NCBI GenBank assembly: GCA_903895855.1
Contig: CAITVN010000076.1
Coordinates: 7,124-71,123 of the forward strand
Reading direction: 5' to 3'
DNA length: 64,000 nt
Origin: Oligoflexia bacterium
GTDB taxonomy: Bacteria > Bdellovibrionota > UBA1018
The position numbers and the translations under genes are program-made. Shown piece by piece: positions 52,968-62,141 of the stretch (position 1 is its first letter; every line of letters starts with the position of its first letter). The notes beneath the pieces are model-generated. The model did no database searches. It was not told the DNA's origin and saw nothing but the letters and a program-made list of their open reading frames with translations.

Positions 52968-53231
52968 TGTTCCTATTTGACAGGTAATTTTTAATGGTTC
53001 TTATGGCACTGAGGGGCACACTTGATCAATAGAGAAAACAAGGTGACCGCCAAATTGACATGCAAACACTCAAACGACCTTCAAATTAGGACGAATGACA
53101 CATAGCGTAAACTCCAATCACTGTAAAGTCCTATTCTAATTCACTGATAAAACAAAGGCTTGGGTGAGTTAAAACCACCCCCGAGCGCGGGCTGAAACGG
53201 CTTCAATTTTGGCCTCTTTAAGATTTTATCT

Positions 53232-54191
53232 TCAAAATGTGTAAAACAAGTTGATGAAAGACAGAATCAGCGGAATCGACGCAAACGAAATGAGTGTTGA
53301 TAACAGAATCGTGCGAGCCAGGGTCTCGGTGTGTAAGCCGAATTTTTCAGAGATGACGATGGGTAAAATCATCGAGGGCATGCCCGTTTCAATGATCGTC
53401 GCGCTCATCATAGGTTCGCTCATTCGAAGCCAGGGGCTGAAGTGAGTCACTCCAATAGATACCAAGGGTTCAAAAATCAGTTTCAAGGCGATAGCCGGCA
53501 CAGAAATCATCATGAGGGCAAGCGAGTTCAGTGAAAAGTCGAGTTTCATTGCCAGGCCGACGCAAAAGATCATGATGGGGGCTACGGCGCTGCCAATAAA
53601 CCCGAGGGCTTTGTCGAGGTCAGTCGGCAACTTGATCGAAAACGCACCCAGTATGACGGCCAAGATAATTGCCCAAAATGGCGGAAGTCTCAGCAGAGCG
53701 GTCAACGCAGAATGTGACGGCTCTTTCTTGGTGCCATAGGCTAGACCAATCGAGGTGCCAACGGTGAATAAAAGTGGGGTTAGGCATAGCATGTCGATCA
53801 GGGCTGGAACTCGTGTGACGGATTCTCCGAAAAGTGAAGTGATCATGGGCAATCCAAAGTAGGTCACATTTGGCCAGGCCGACCCCAGCAATAGAGCACC
53901 CACCTTGGGGCGGTCTTCTGGTTGTTTGAGTAAAACCCGGTGAATTAGCCAGCTGATCAGAAGCGTCACGAGACAACTGATCGCGCCGATTACCGGAATT
54001 TTGATGAAATCACTAGACAGCGGAGCACTCATGACTGCGCGAAAAAATAGGGCCGGCAAAAACACCCAAAGCACAGCGGTACTCAGGTTCGAGCGAAGGG
54101 AGACGCGGTCAGGTAACGTGGGAATGAACTGCCAGGTCATTCCGGCGACTAAAAGTAAAATAAAGGAAAGTAGCACTTGGTTCGGAGTCAT
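53232..54191 (-). CDS. AEC (auxin efflux carrier) family permease
   Basis: 319 aa counted from the ATG at 54191 (MTPNQVLLSFILLLVAG), which is preceded by AGGGG. About 10 TM helices. The track ORF extends 372 nt further and overlaps the divergent cytochrome gene, so I shortened it. Confidence 0.7.
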   Translation of the reverse strand: MTPNQVLLSFILLLVAGMTWQFIPTLPDRVSLRSNLSTAVLWVFLPALFFRAVMSAPLSSDFIKIPVIGAISCLVTLLISWLIHRVLLKQPEDRPKVGALLLGSAWPNVTYFGLPMITSLFGESVTRVPALIDMLCLTPLLFTVGTSIGLAYGTKKEPSHSALTALLRLPPFWAIILAVILGAFSIKLPTDLDKALGFIGSAVAPIMIFCVGLAMKLDFSLNSLALMMISVPAIALKLIFEPLVSIGVTHFSPWLRMSEPMMSATIIETGMPSMILPIVISEKFGLHTETLARTILLSTLISFASIPLILSFINLFYTF

Positions 54192-54383
54192 TTCGGAGCC
54201 CCTTTTTTGATCAAAGGTATCACGACTGAATGAAAAGAGAGAACAACTGGATTGGCCTTGCGAGTTTTTTTGTCCCGAATTGAAATGAGTAGTTTTTGCC
54301 AGCCCGCCGAGGGGCGATCTCGCGCAAGTTTCGCACGCTGATTTTGTTGCATTTGACTCTAACCTGGGGCAGAAAACAAACCT

Positions 54384-54686
54384 ATGCAAATAGGTAAACG
54401 GGGTTTCTTGTCGATCGCTTTGATCGCGAATCTTTTGCTTTTCTCGGGTTGTGGTGACAGTCATCAAAATGATGATTACGGCATCACTGATGTGAATAAG
54501 ATTGCACTCACTGTTGACAATCATCCTCATGGCTATGGTCGAAGTCAGTGCTTTACCTGTCACCTACCTGATAATATTCACCAAGAAAATCGGGTGAATA
54601 GTTTCTTGGTCGATACAGCGCGTGACCTAGTAAAAACTGAAGGAACCAATCGTTGTTACGCCTGTCACGGTACCAACGGATTATGA
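54384..54686 (+). CDS. small diheme c-type cytochrome lipoprotein
   Basis: 100 aa with lipobox LFSGC and the heme motifs CFTCH and CYACH. Confidence 0.75.
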   Translation: MQIGKRGFLSIALIANLLLFSGCGDSHQNDDYGITDVNKIALTVDNHPHGYGRSQCFTCHLPDNIHQENRVNSFLVDTARDLVKTEGTNRCYACHGTNGL

Positions 54687-54697
54687 GAGGCAAGGTA

Positions 54698-55813
54698 ATG
54701 TTGAAATCAGTTTTCGCTCTTCATATCACTCTCTTTGTGATTCTCTTTGTGATTCCTTGCGGGGGTCATTTTGTTTCGACTGATGCGCTTGCCGCACCTC
54801 CAGCTAAACAGACCTGTGTGACCTCGGCTTGCCATTCTGGCTATTCTAAAGTTCAGTATAAGCATGGGCCGATTGAAGCAAAAGGTTGCACCGTTTGTCA
54901 CTACTTGGGTGAAGGTGGAATGCGCCTGCCACCTGATCATCCTGCCATCAAGCCGATTGATCGAAAGAGTATCAATGAGTCTTGTTTAGTTTGTCACGAT
55001 GAATTTGGCGAGAAAATGGCCAAGAAACAGTTTATTCATAAAGCCACGACGAAAGAAAACTGTACGGGTTGTCATGATGCCCACGGATCGAATCATAAAT
55101 TTTTGTTGAAAGAAAAAGCAGCGCCCGACCTTTGCCTGACTTGCCATAATAAAATTCAAAAGGCGATGGGTTTATCGGCGGCGCACCACGGGCCGGTCAC
55201 GACCGGCGATGCCTGCATGACCTGTCACGAAGTGCATGCCTCGAATTTAAAAAATTTGCTTAAGAAGCCAGAAAAAGAGCTTTGTTTGAAATGCCATTCG
55301 AAAGAATTGAAAACCGCAACTGGTGCCGTTCTCGCGAACATTCAAAAGGCGTTAGAAGAAGGAAAAGTGCATCACAAGCCTATTGACGATGGCGAGTGCA
55401 CTGCATGCCACGCTACGCACGGTTCTGCTAAGCCGAGCTTGCTTAAGCACGAATATGACGGTGAGTTCTATCAAGAAATCACTGAAAAAAGTTTTGACCT
55501 TTGCTTTAGCTGTCACAAACCTAAGTTAGTTGAAATGAGTCACGTAGCCGACGAAACCGGGTTTAGAAATGGGCAAATCAATTTGCACTACTTGCACCTT
55601 CGGGGTCAGAAAAAACAGCGGGGCTGCGCGGCTTGCCACGCTGTGCATGCGTCTCGTCAGCCTAAATTGATTGCTGATTGGGTTTCGTTTAACGATTATC
55701 AATTTCCAATCAAATTTCAAAAGGTGAAAGATGGCGGTACTTGTCTGACAGCCTGTCATGGAGCAAAAACCTATGATCGAATTCGAGGATTTAAAAATGC
55801 GCCAGGTCGGTAA
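54698..55813 (+). CDS. multiheme c-type cytochrome (9 CXXCH plus CX4CH and CX3CH variants)
   Basis: Canonical motifs CTVCH, CLVCH, CTGCH, CLTCH, CMTCH, CLKCH, CTACH, CFSCH and CAACH, plus the variants CVTSACH and CLTACH. The ATG at 54698 is preceded by GAGAGG. A possible lipobox is VIPCG. Confidence 0.85.
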   Translation: MLKSVFALHITLFVILFVIPCGGHFVSTDALAAPPAKQTCVTSACHSGYSKVQYKHGPIEAKGCTVCHYLGEGGMRLPPDHPAIKPIDRKSINESCLVCHDEFGEKMAKKQFIHKATTKENCTGCHDAHGSNHKFLLKEKAAPDLCLTCHNKIQKAMGLSAAHHGPVTTGDACMTCHEVHASNLKNLLKKPEKELCLKCHSKELKTATGAVLANIQKALEEGKVHHKPIDDGECTACHATHGSAKPSLLKHEYDGEFYQEITEKSFDLCFSCHKPKLVEMSHVADETGFRNGQINLHYLHLRGQKKQRGCAACHAVHASRQPKLIADWVSFNDYQFPIKFQKVKDGGTCLTACHGAKTYDRIRGFKNAPGR

Positions 55814-57083
55814 AAGGTTTTTTACAAGTTGCGTTCTCGTCACGTTAGCTTTGCTTTCGATCGTGAGCCATTCAAGCCAAGCAGGATTGGTTAGGGTTGA
55901 GTCTGAGAGTTATCTTTCGGGTCGAGCTGGCTATTTTGATTCGAAATTAGAACTGCCTGTGCGTGAGTTCATGGCGGGTTCGTTTGAAACCGACGATAAG
56001 CGACTGTCGGTAAATACGAGTTTTAGTCTTTTTGCTGATCCGATCAGATTGAAGACTGATTCTACACAAAAAGATGCGAACCTGTACACCGGCGAGCTCA
56101 ACTACCGTTTGATTCCAGATTTTTTGAAAGTTCGAGTGGGTCGTTCATTTGACATGCACTACTCAATTGGCGCCAATGCCGTTGATGCAGTCGCTGGCGA
56201 GATCTCGCTTTTTGAAAATATGTTCAACGTGGGTGGTTTTTATGGCCTTGAACGAAAGCCTGAAATTCATAGTGACGGAAATTACGGCGATATCGGCGGA
56301 TTTCATGTCAGGTTGACCCAAGCGAGCATGTACCCCTGGAGTTTGACTGGTAAAGTTCAGCAGCGCTTTTTGTTGAAAACTCCCCCCACTGAGAGCGAGC
56401 GCCTGGCACAGTTTGCGGTCTCAAAGCCACTCGACTGGGTGTTGAGTCCAACACTTCTGGCTGATGCGACGATGAATATTGATTCAAAGCATCTCGATCG
56501 TCTAGATGTTGAAGCTGATTTGTATCCTTCACTTTTTTCTTCTGTTCGCATGAAGGCCATGAGTTTTGAGTTGTTGCACGAAGAAGGAAGTACCGAGCCT
56601 CCGGTTTATTCGATGTTTGCTCGCGGTCGGCTTTATGAAGGTCTGTTGCAGCTAGAGACTCAAGTGACTTCTCGTCTGATTTTTGGTCTTGCCACGGCTT
56701 ATGACGATTATCAGTCAACCCTTTCGACTCGGCAGCATGGTTACCGTGTCGAGTTCGAAACGCGTTATACGCGGGCTCCTTATGGTTTATCAAACGTAGC
56801 CTATCTCTTTAAAAGTTATGGTGGCGATGCCTACGGTGACCGCATTCGCCTGAGTCGAAAATTTAATTTGCAGAATGAAATCTACGGCGAGAGTGACGTG
56901 ACTTACTATGAGAAGATCACGGCGTCAAAACGGTTTGCCACTCACTTTGAAGCTGGGTACAGTCGTTGGTTTGCCAATCAGCTAAAACTCGATAGCTTCG
57001 GCGAATTCAATAGCAATAATTTTCTCAAATATGACTTTCGAATGGTCTTCAAGCTGACCTATTTTCTTTGGGCGGAGACATGA
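55797..57083 (+). CDS. porin-like outer-membrane beta-barrel protein within the cytochrome operon
   Basis: About 428 aa with signal peptide MRQVGKRFFTSCVLVTLALLSIVSHSSQA. It contains many short amphipathic Y/F/G-rich strands and overlaps both flanking cytochrome genes. Confidence 0.6.
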   Translation: MRQVGKRFFTSCVLVTLALLSIVSHSSQAGLVRVESESYLSGRAGYFDSKLELPVREFMAGSFETDDKRLSVNTSFSLFADPIRLKTDSTQKDANLYTGELNYRLIPDFLKVRVGRSFDMHYSIGANAVDAVAGEISLFENMFNVGGFYGLERKPEIHSDGNYGDIGGFHVRLTQASMYPWSLTGKVQQRFLLKTPPTESERLAQFAVSKPLDWVLSPTLLADATMNIDSKHLDRLDVEADLYPSLFSSVRMKAMSFELLHEEGSTEPPVYSMFARGRLYEGLLQLETQVTSRLIFGLATAYDDYQSTLSTRQHGYRVEFETRYTRAPYGLSNVAYLFKSYGGDAYGDRIRLSRKFNLQNEIYGESDVTYYEKITASKRFATHFEAGYSRWFANQLKLDSFGEFNSNNFLKYDFRMVFKLTYFLWAET

Positions 57084-57706
57084 TGAAAAAAACGGTGTTT
57101 TTAATTTTGATGGTGTCTCTTTTAGTGGGATTGAGCTCGATGCCTAGTGGCCAGTTGGGTCGCACCGCTTTCGCCACTGAAATCAGCGATCATTTTGATC
57201 ATGACCTTCACTTAGCGAAGGTGTTTAAGCCGAATAAGGTCGAGTGCTCACACTGTCACCTTTTTTCTCTCGACGCCGCTTCAGGTAAAGTCACGATTGA
57301 ATCGCAAGCCAAAGAGACCATTTTGCGGCTGACTACCAAGCAAATTTGTCACGAGTGCCATCAAAGCCCAGAAACGAAGTACGTCAATGCACCAAAGGGT
57401 TGTTTTACTTGTCACCGTGGCCTTGAGAGTTTGAATCTCATCATGCCGCTCAATCACAAGAACGTGACCTGGAAAACATCGCACTCAACCGTAGCTCGCG
57501 TACAAGGTGACAAGTGCTTAGATTGCCACAACCCATCGAGTTGTACGAAATGTCACTTTCAACGAAATGACATTCAGATGCGCAATCATACCCGCAACTT
57601 TAGATTCTATCACTCGATCGATGCGCGCTTGCAGCCGCAAAAGTGCACGACTTGCCATGCCGTGAATTTCTGTATTAGTTGTCACTTGGCGAAGCCTTAT
57701 AAATAA
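57080..57706 (+). CDS. heptaheme c-type cytochrome
   Basis: Signal peptide MMKKTVFLILMVSLLVGLSS. Heme motifs CSHCH, CHECH, CFTCH, CLDCH, CTKCH, CTTCH and CISCH. The ATG overlaps the stop of the barrel gene (ATGA). Confidence 0.85.
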   Translation: MMKKTVFLILMVSLLVGLSSMPSGQLGRTAFATEISDHFDHDLHLAKVFKPNKVECSHCHLFSLDAASGKVTIESQAKETILRLTTKQICHECHQSPETKYVNAPKGCFTCHRGLESLNLIMPLNHKNVTWKTSHSTVARVQGDKCLDCHNPSSCTKCHFQRNDIQMRNHTRNFRFYHSIDARLQPQKCTTCHAVNFCISCHLAKPYK

Positions 57707-57976
57707 CTACGACACTAAGTTGTTGACGGTTGTGGGCACGGCGACGGCAGAGGTAAGGGGTCTCGTGCAATCTGCCAGTGTGACCTCTTCATTAGGGCCG
57801 AGTAGGTAATACTCGCTTCCCGATCTCTTAGCAGAGCGCAGGCCGAAATAGAGGTTGAGATAGTTGTATCCCCAACACTGCACCTTGCCGCTTTGAAAGG
57901 CGGCGCAAGTGACATATGAACTGTCGCTCGGATCTATCGAGACAGCAGTCTGATCGGCGTTTGAAGCGTCGAATAG
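57707..57976 (-). pseudogene. possible remnant of an RCC1-repeat protein gene
   Basis: My own translation of a start-less open frame reads LFDASNADQTAVSIDPSDSSYVTCAAFQSGKVQCWGYNYLNLYFGLRSAKRSG... The segment YVTCAAFQSGKVQCWGYN resembles an RCC1 blade. It has no ATG and is bounded upstream by a stop codon. Confidence 0.25.
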
Positions 57977-58045
57977 TCACCGCCGGTGAGTTGCGCAGCC
58001 GAGGTACCCAATTCTTAAGACGCATCACGTCAGAAGATGAATCGG

Positions 58046-59194
58046 TTACTTTGCCAAGTTTTCCCAGGGTTCGACAGAAATGTTAGCGTCTTTCCAGCCC
58101 AGATTAATGGGAGCCAAAAGACTGCATTGTGCAGTTTTGTTTTTTTTCTTAAATGCCTTTAGGCGCTCAAGGTCGGGAATTTTGACTACTTCTCTGTTAA
58201 AAAGTTGATATGCCACTACTCCATCATCAATATCATCTTCGATCAGGTGAATGATTTGCTTTCCGCTCGAGCGATAATAAAAATACCGATTTCTCTTTTT
58301 TCCAAAATAGCTGTTTTTCGCCATTTTTTCGTTCACAAGTAGTATGTGAAGGCGTCTTTCGAGATTCGCTCCAAGAAAATGGGCGATACCAGCATCAAGT
58401 AAAAGGTAAATGCTCTTACCAGTACCGGAGGGGTGTGGATCAATTCGGTTGACTACAAAAAGTTCACAAAGTGCATTTAAATGCGTACCGATTCGTCGCG
58501 AATCGGTGTTCAATTTTCGGGCAATATTTGCCTGAGTAGGAAAATCTTGAACCGCACATTCGCGAAGAATCGAATAGGCTAGGTTGCTGTCCAATTTTAG
58601 TTTTTTGAATTGATGAATGTCACGACTGCAAGTTAAATCGACCCAGTCTTGGATGAGGTCAGACCGGGCTTGTGGGTCGCGGACAAAAGCGATGGCTGGC
58701 ATTCCGCCATGTTCTGAATATTTTAATAGAAAATTACGGTCAAGAACCTGTTTTTTTTCTGAATTCAAAAGTTCAGCAGAGATGAGGGGGTAGAGGCGTA
58801 CCCTTCCCATTCTTCCGGTGAGTGATTCTCTTATGTTTTGTAAGTGCGAAAATTCAGTTGAGCCCAACAGAAGGTACTGTCCAGGTACACGGCTACGATC
58901 AACTAGATATTTAATTGCGTCAAATAGCGCTGGGGATTTTTGAGCCTCATCGATGATTAATGGGTGGGCCCCCGCGAAGCGGGCTAAGAAGGTTTGAGGA
59001 GCTATCTGAGCCAGGTTTTGTTCAGACAAAACATCTAATGAGATCTCTACTGCTTGGGGTAATACGGCCTTTAAGAGTTCTCTTGCTAGAATACTTTTTC
59101 CAGTTTGTCTGGCGCCCTGAATTGCCACGATTGGGCTGTGCTTAAGTCGTTTTAGAGCTAGTGGTAAAACTTGGCGTGAGCGAACGTGGGGCAT
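58046..59194 (-). CDS. AAA+ ATPase with DUF4143-like C-terminal domain (COG1373 type)
   Basis: Walker A GARQTGKS and Walker B LIIDEAQ. Length is 382 aa, with a C-terminal region typical of the standalone DUF4143 ATPases. Confidence 0.7.
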   Translation of the reverse strand: MPHVRSRQVLPLALKRLKHSPIVAIQGARQTGKSILARELLKAVLPQAVEISLDVLSEQNLAQIAPQTFLARFAGAHPLIIDEAQKSPALFDAIKYLVDRSRVPGQYLLLGSTEFSHLQNIRESLTGRMGRVRLYPLISAELLNSEKKQVLDRNFLLKYSEHGGMPAIAFVRDPQARSDLIQDWVDLTCSRDIHQFKKLKLDSNLAYSILRECAVQDFPTQANIARKLNTDSRRIGTHLNALCELFVVNRIDPHPSGTGKSIYLLLDAGIAHFLGANLERRLHILLVNEKMAKNSYFGKKRNRYFYYRSSGKQIIHLIEDDIDDGVVAYQLFNREVVKIPDLERLKAFKKKNKTAQCSLLAPINLGWKDANISVEPWENLAK

Positions 59195-59198
59195 TAAG

Positions 59199-59255
59199 CT
59201 ATTAAACCCCTATCGATTAACGCAGTCAACGTAAAAATCGATAGGGGTTTAATAG
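59199..59255. promoter_or_regulatory. perfect 20-bp inverted repeat with 17-nt loop, 5 nt upstream of the AAA+ ATPase start codon
   Basis: CTATTAAACCCCTATCGATT (59199-59218) pairs with AATCGATAGGGGTTTAATAG (59236-59255). On the mRNA strand the 3' arm contains the only Shine-Dalgarno-like AGGGG. Confidence 0.6.
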
Positions 59256-59260
59256 CAGGC

Positions 59261-59298
59261 AAAAAAAACGGGCCCAAAGCCGATTAGCCTTGAGCCCG
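59261..59298 (-). terminator. intrinsic terminator downstream of recA
   Basis: The minus strand reads CGGGCTCAAGGCTAATCGGCTTTGGGCCCG followed by TTTTTTTT. It lies 65 nt after the recA stop. Confidence 0.7.
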
Positions 59299-59362
59299 TA
59301 ATGAACGTTCATTTTAGTCGTTTTCGTTAACGACTGTTTAGGCAACTATTTTTCTGAGCTGA

Positions 59363-60568
59363 CTATTTTTTCGCCGAAGTCATGCCGGGTTTATTGGCTG
59401 ACATCATCGTCTTGGCTTGCATAGCTGATCCGGCCATCGCCGCGCCTGCGTGAACAGGGTTGCTCGCTTGTGCGCCAGGTGCCATGGGTTTGCCATCATT
59501 AGCAGGTTTTTGTTCAACGGCGTGACCGCCGCTAGCTTGAGTGCCGACGCCAGATTTGACGAGCACTTCTTTACGAATTTGCTCCATCATCTCTGGGTGT
59601 TCTTTCAAGTAGTTGCGTGCATTCTCGCGTCCTTGGCCGATGCGTTCATCTTTGTACGCATACCAAGTACCACTTTTTTCAACGACGTTGAGATTAGCGG
59701 CTAGGTCGAGAATATCGCCTTCTTTTGAAATGCCTTGGCCGTAAATGATGTCGAATTCGACTTCTTTAAACGGAGGCGCCATTTTGTTTTTGACCACTTT
59801 CACGCGCGTGCGATTTCCGATCACATTCTCACCATCTTTGAGGGTTTGAATTTTTCGAATGTCGAGACGTACTGAAGCGTAGAACTTCAAGGCGTTACCA
59901 CCAGAGGTGGTCTCAGGGTTTCCGAACATCACACCGATCTTCATTCTAATTTGGTTAATGAAGATGAGTAGAGTTTTACTTCGGCTGATTGAACCGGTGA
60001 GTTTTCGAAGCGCCTGACTCATCAAACGAGCTTGTAAGCCCATGTGTGAATCGCCCATTTCGCCTTCGATCTCGGCTTTAGGTACGAGTGCGGCGACTGA
60101 GTCGACCACGACCATGTCAACTCCGCCTGAGCGAACGAGCATGTCAGCGATCTCGAGAGCCTGCTCGCCGGTGTCTGGTTGCGAGATCAACAGGTCGTCT
60201 GTGCGGACGCCCAATTTTCTCGCATAGATCACGTCGAGTGCGTGCTCAGCGTCTATGAATGCGGCCACTCCGCCTTGTTTCTGGACTTCAGCAATAGCGT
60301 GAAGCGTGAGAGTGGTTTTACCAGAAGCTTCTGGTCCATAGATTTCGCAGATTCGGCCGCGGGGTAAACCGCCGATTCCGAGTGCGATATCAAGTGAGAG
60401 TGAACCGGTCGGTACGCTCGCAATGTCTTGTCCAACCAGGGTATCAGCGTTTCCAAGGCGCATAATTGAGCCTTTTCCGAACTGTTTTTCAATGGCCTGA
60501 ACCGCGAGTTCAATTGCCTTTGCCTTTTGGGCGTGATTTTGGGGAAGATTATCCATCGTTTTTTCCAT
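59363..60568 (-). CDS. recA: recombinase RecA with extended non-acidic C-terminal tail
   Basis: [12 protein letters not shown], Walker [28 protein letters not shown] and the L2-like region [34 protein letters not shown] lies 11 nt upstream of the ATG at 60568. Confidence 0.95.
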   Translation of the reverse strand: MEKTMDNLPQNHAQKAKAIELAVQAIEKQFGKGSIMRLGNADTLVGQDIASVPTGSLSLDIALGIGGLPRGRICEIYGPEASGKTTLTLHAIAEVQKQGGVAAFIDAEHALDVIYARKLGVRTDDLLISQPDTGEQALEIADMLVRSGGVDMVVVDSVAALVPKAEIEGEMGDSHMGLQARLMSQALRKLTGSISRSKTLLIFINQIRMKIGVMFGNPETTSGGNALKFYASVRLDIRKIQTLKDGENVIGNRTRVKVVKNKMAPPFKEVEFDIIYGQGISKEGDILDLAANLNVVEKSGTWYAYKDERIGQGRENARNYLKEHPEMMEQIRKEVLVKSGVGTQASGGHAVEQKPANDGKPMAPGAQASNPVHAGAAMAGSAMQAKTMMSANKPGMTSAKK

Positions 60569-60909
60569 TCTAGTGATTGCTCCTTTGTATGCGGCTTAAC
60601 AGCACAGACCGTACCATAAGGATTCTTGAAAAAAAAAGCGCCGGTTTTGCCTGGGTGATGATTTTTTCAGTGCAAGCGGGCGCGTCAGAAGGGCCGCTGG
60701 TCGAGGGTCTTGGCAGCTTCGGACTGGACTTGGCAACTGTCGATTTTCGGACGTTATCCCTCGAACGTTGGCCGCGTCACGCCATAAAAGTTCGTTTTTC
60801 GATAGTTCGCAAATTCGCCCTCGAAGTTCGCAATTTCGTCATCGCAGACGAGCAGCACTAGACCGAGAAGGCTGGCTTTTGAAAACGCGCTTTCGGACCT
60901 TTGAGTGAG

Positions 60910-62139
60910 CTAATTTTTCTGAGGGGCGTTGTCGTGTCTCAATGAGCCGGTTTGAATGGCGATCGAAACTTTGGTCATGATTGAAAAGAGTAGTGCGCCC
61001 AGGCAAAGAATTGAAAGCGAGAGTACCACTTCGTGCCACGAAGGAGAGTATTCCATGTAGGTTCCGAGGGGCGAGGGAATAAATCCTGGAAAAATGAGGC
61101 CCATTCCTTTTTCAATCCAGATGCCAATAATGATAAAGACACAGGCCACACGCAAGGCGTAGCGGTGCTTGAACTCGGTTCGCTGAAGCGTGAGTAGTCC
61201 GAAAGCAATGCATTGCATGACCAACGAAGACCAGATCAATGCGCGAAGATTGCCTTTGCCGTTAAATCCGAAGAGTAGGTAATCGGCTGAAGCTGCGTGC
61301 CAGGTGTTTGTGTACAACTCTTTGAAAATTTCACAACCAAATAAGAACAAGTTCATGAGAAGTGTGTAGGTCATCACTCTGCGCATGGTCTCAAAAACTT
61401 TATCGCTCACTTTAAGAGCAGTATTGGCGCGAACCACACTGAAAATCAGAATCAGAAGCGCTGGGCCTGACGCAAACGCACTGATCAAAAAGCGAGGAGC
61501 CATGACAGCGGTATTCCAGAAATAGCGAACCCCGAGGCCTGACAGAAGAAACGCGGTGACGGTGTGAATGCTAACCGCCCAAACAATTGAAATGAGAGCA
61601 AACGGCAGGTAAAAAATCTTGCGGGGCGGTTTGTTCATGTACATTCGGTAAAGTAGGTAGCCAGGTACGTGCATATTGAGAAGCAAGTAGCCGTTAAAAA
61701 CCAAGACGTCCCAGGCAAGTAGTGATGAAGGAATATTGAGAATTCCGCCTACGCCTGGAATGAGGTGCCAGAAACGATCGGGTCTACCGATGTCGGTAAA
61801 AATGAACAGCAAGCACATCATGATCGCGACGACAGCCAGGAGTTCGCCAATTAGCACGACCTCTTTCAGTTCTTTATCGTGATAAACGTAAGACGGAAAA
61901 ACCAAAATCACCGCCGCCGCAGCAACCCCCACGAAATAAACGAAGTTCGCAATGCCGAGCCCCCAACAGACTTCGTTGGTCATGTGAGTGACGATCAAGC
62001 CTTCTTCTAATTGTTGTACGTAGACCACTCCGCCCAGTGCGACTACGACAGCAAGGGCAGCGAGCCAACTCAAGTACAGTTTCGAGCCGCTGAGGCCGCA
62101 TTTAATCATTCTGAACCAATAGACAATATAGGTAACCAT
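60910..62139 (-). CDS. NrfD/PsrC-like integral membrane quinone-interacting subunit
   Basis: 409 aa with about 10 TM helices. The N-terminal pattern WGLGIANFVYFVGVAAAAVILVF is typical of the NrfD family. The gene starts 3 nt after the upstream tetraheme gene. Confidence 0.7.
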   Translation of the reverse strand: MVTYIVYWFRMIKCGLSGSKLYLSWLAALAVVVALGGVVYVQQLEEGLIVTHMTNEVCWGLGIANFVYFVGVAAAAVILVFPSYVYHDKELKEVVLIGELLAVVAIMMCLLFIFTDIGRPDRFWHLIPGVGGILNIPSSLLAWDVLVFNGYLLLNMHVPGYLLYRMYMNKPPRKIFYLPFALISIVWAVSIHTVTAFLLSGLGVRYFWNTAVMAPRFLISAFASGPALLILIFSVVRANTALKVSDKVFETMRRVMTYTLLMNLFLFGCEIFKELYTNTWHAASADYLLFGFNGKGNLRALIWSSLVMQCIAFGLLTLQRTEFKHRYALRVACVFIIIGIWIEKGMGLIFPGFIPSPLGTYMEYSPSWHEVVLSLSILCLGALLFSIMTKVSIAIQTGSLRHDNAPQKN

Positions 62140-62141
62140 AA

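Noticed and set aside
54192-54563. N-terminal 124-aa extension of the AEC permease ORF (track ORF 53232-54563)
   Set aside because: The extension is non-hydrophobic and overlaps the divergent diheme cytochrome gene and its promoter. An internal ATG at 54191 with a good SD gives a normal-length AEC protein.
60577-60861. ORF 60577-60861 (+), 94 aa, between recA and the NrfD-like gene
   Set aside because: There is no RBS. It occupies the recA promoter/leader region on the opposite strand, and no motif was recognised.
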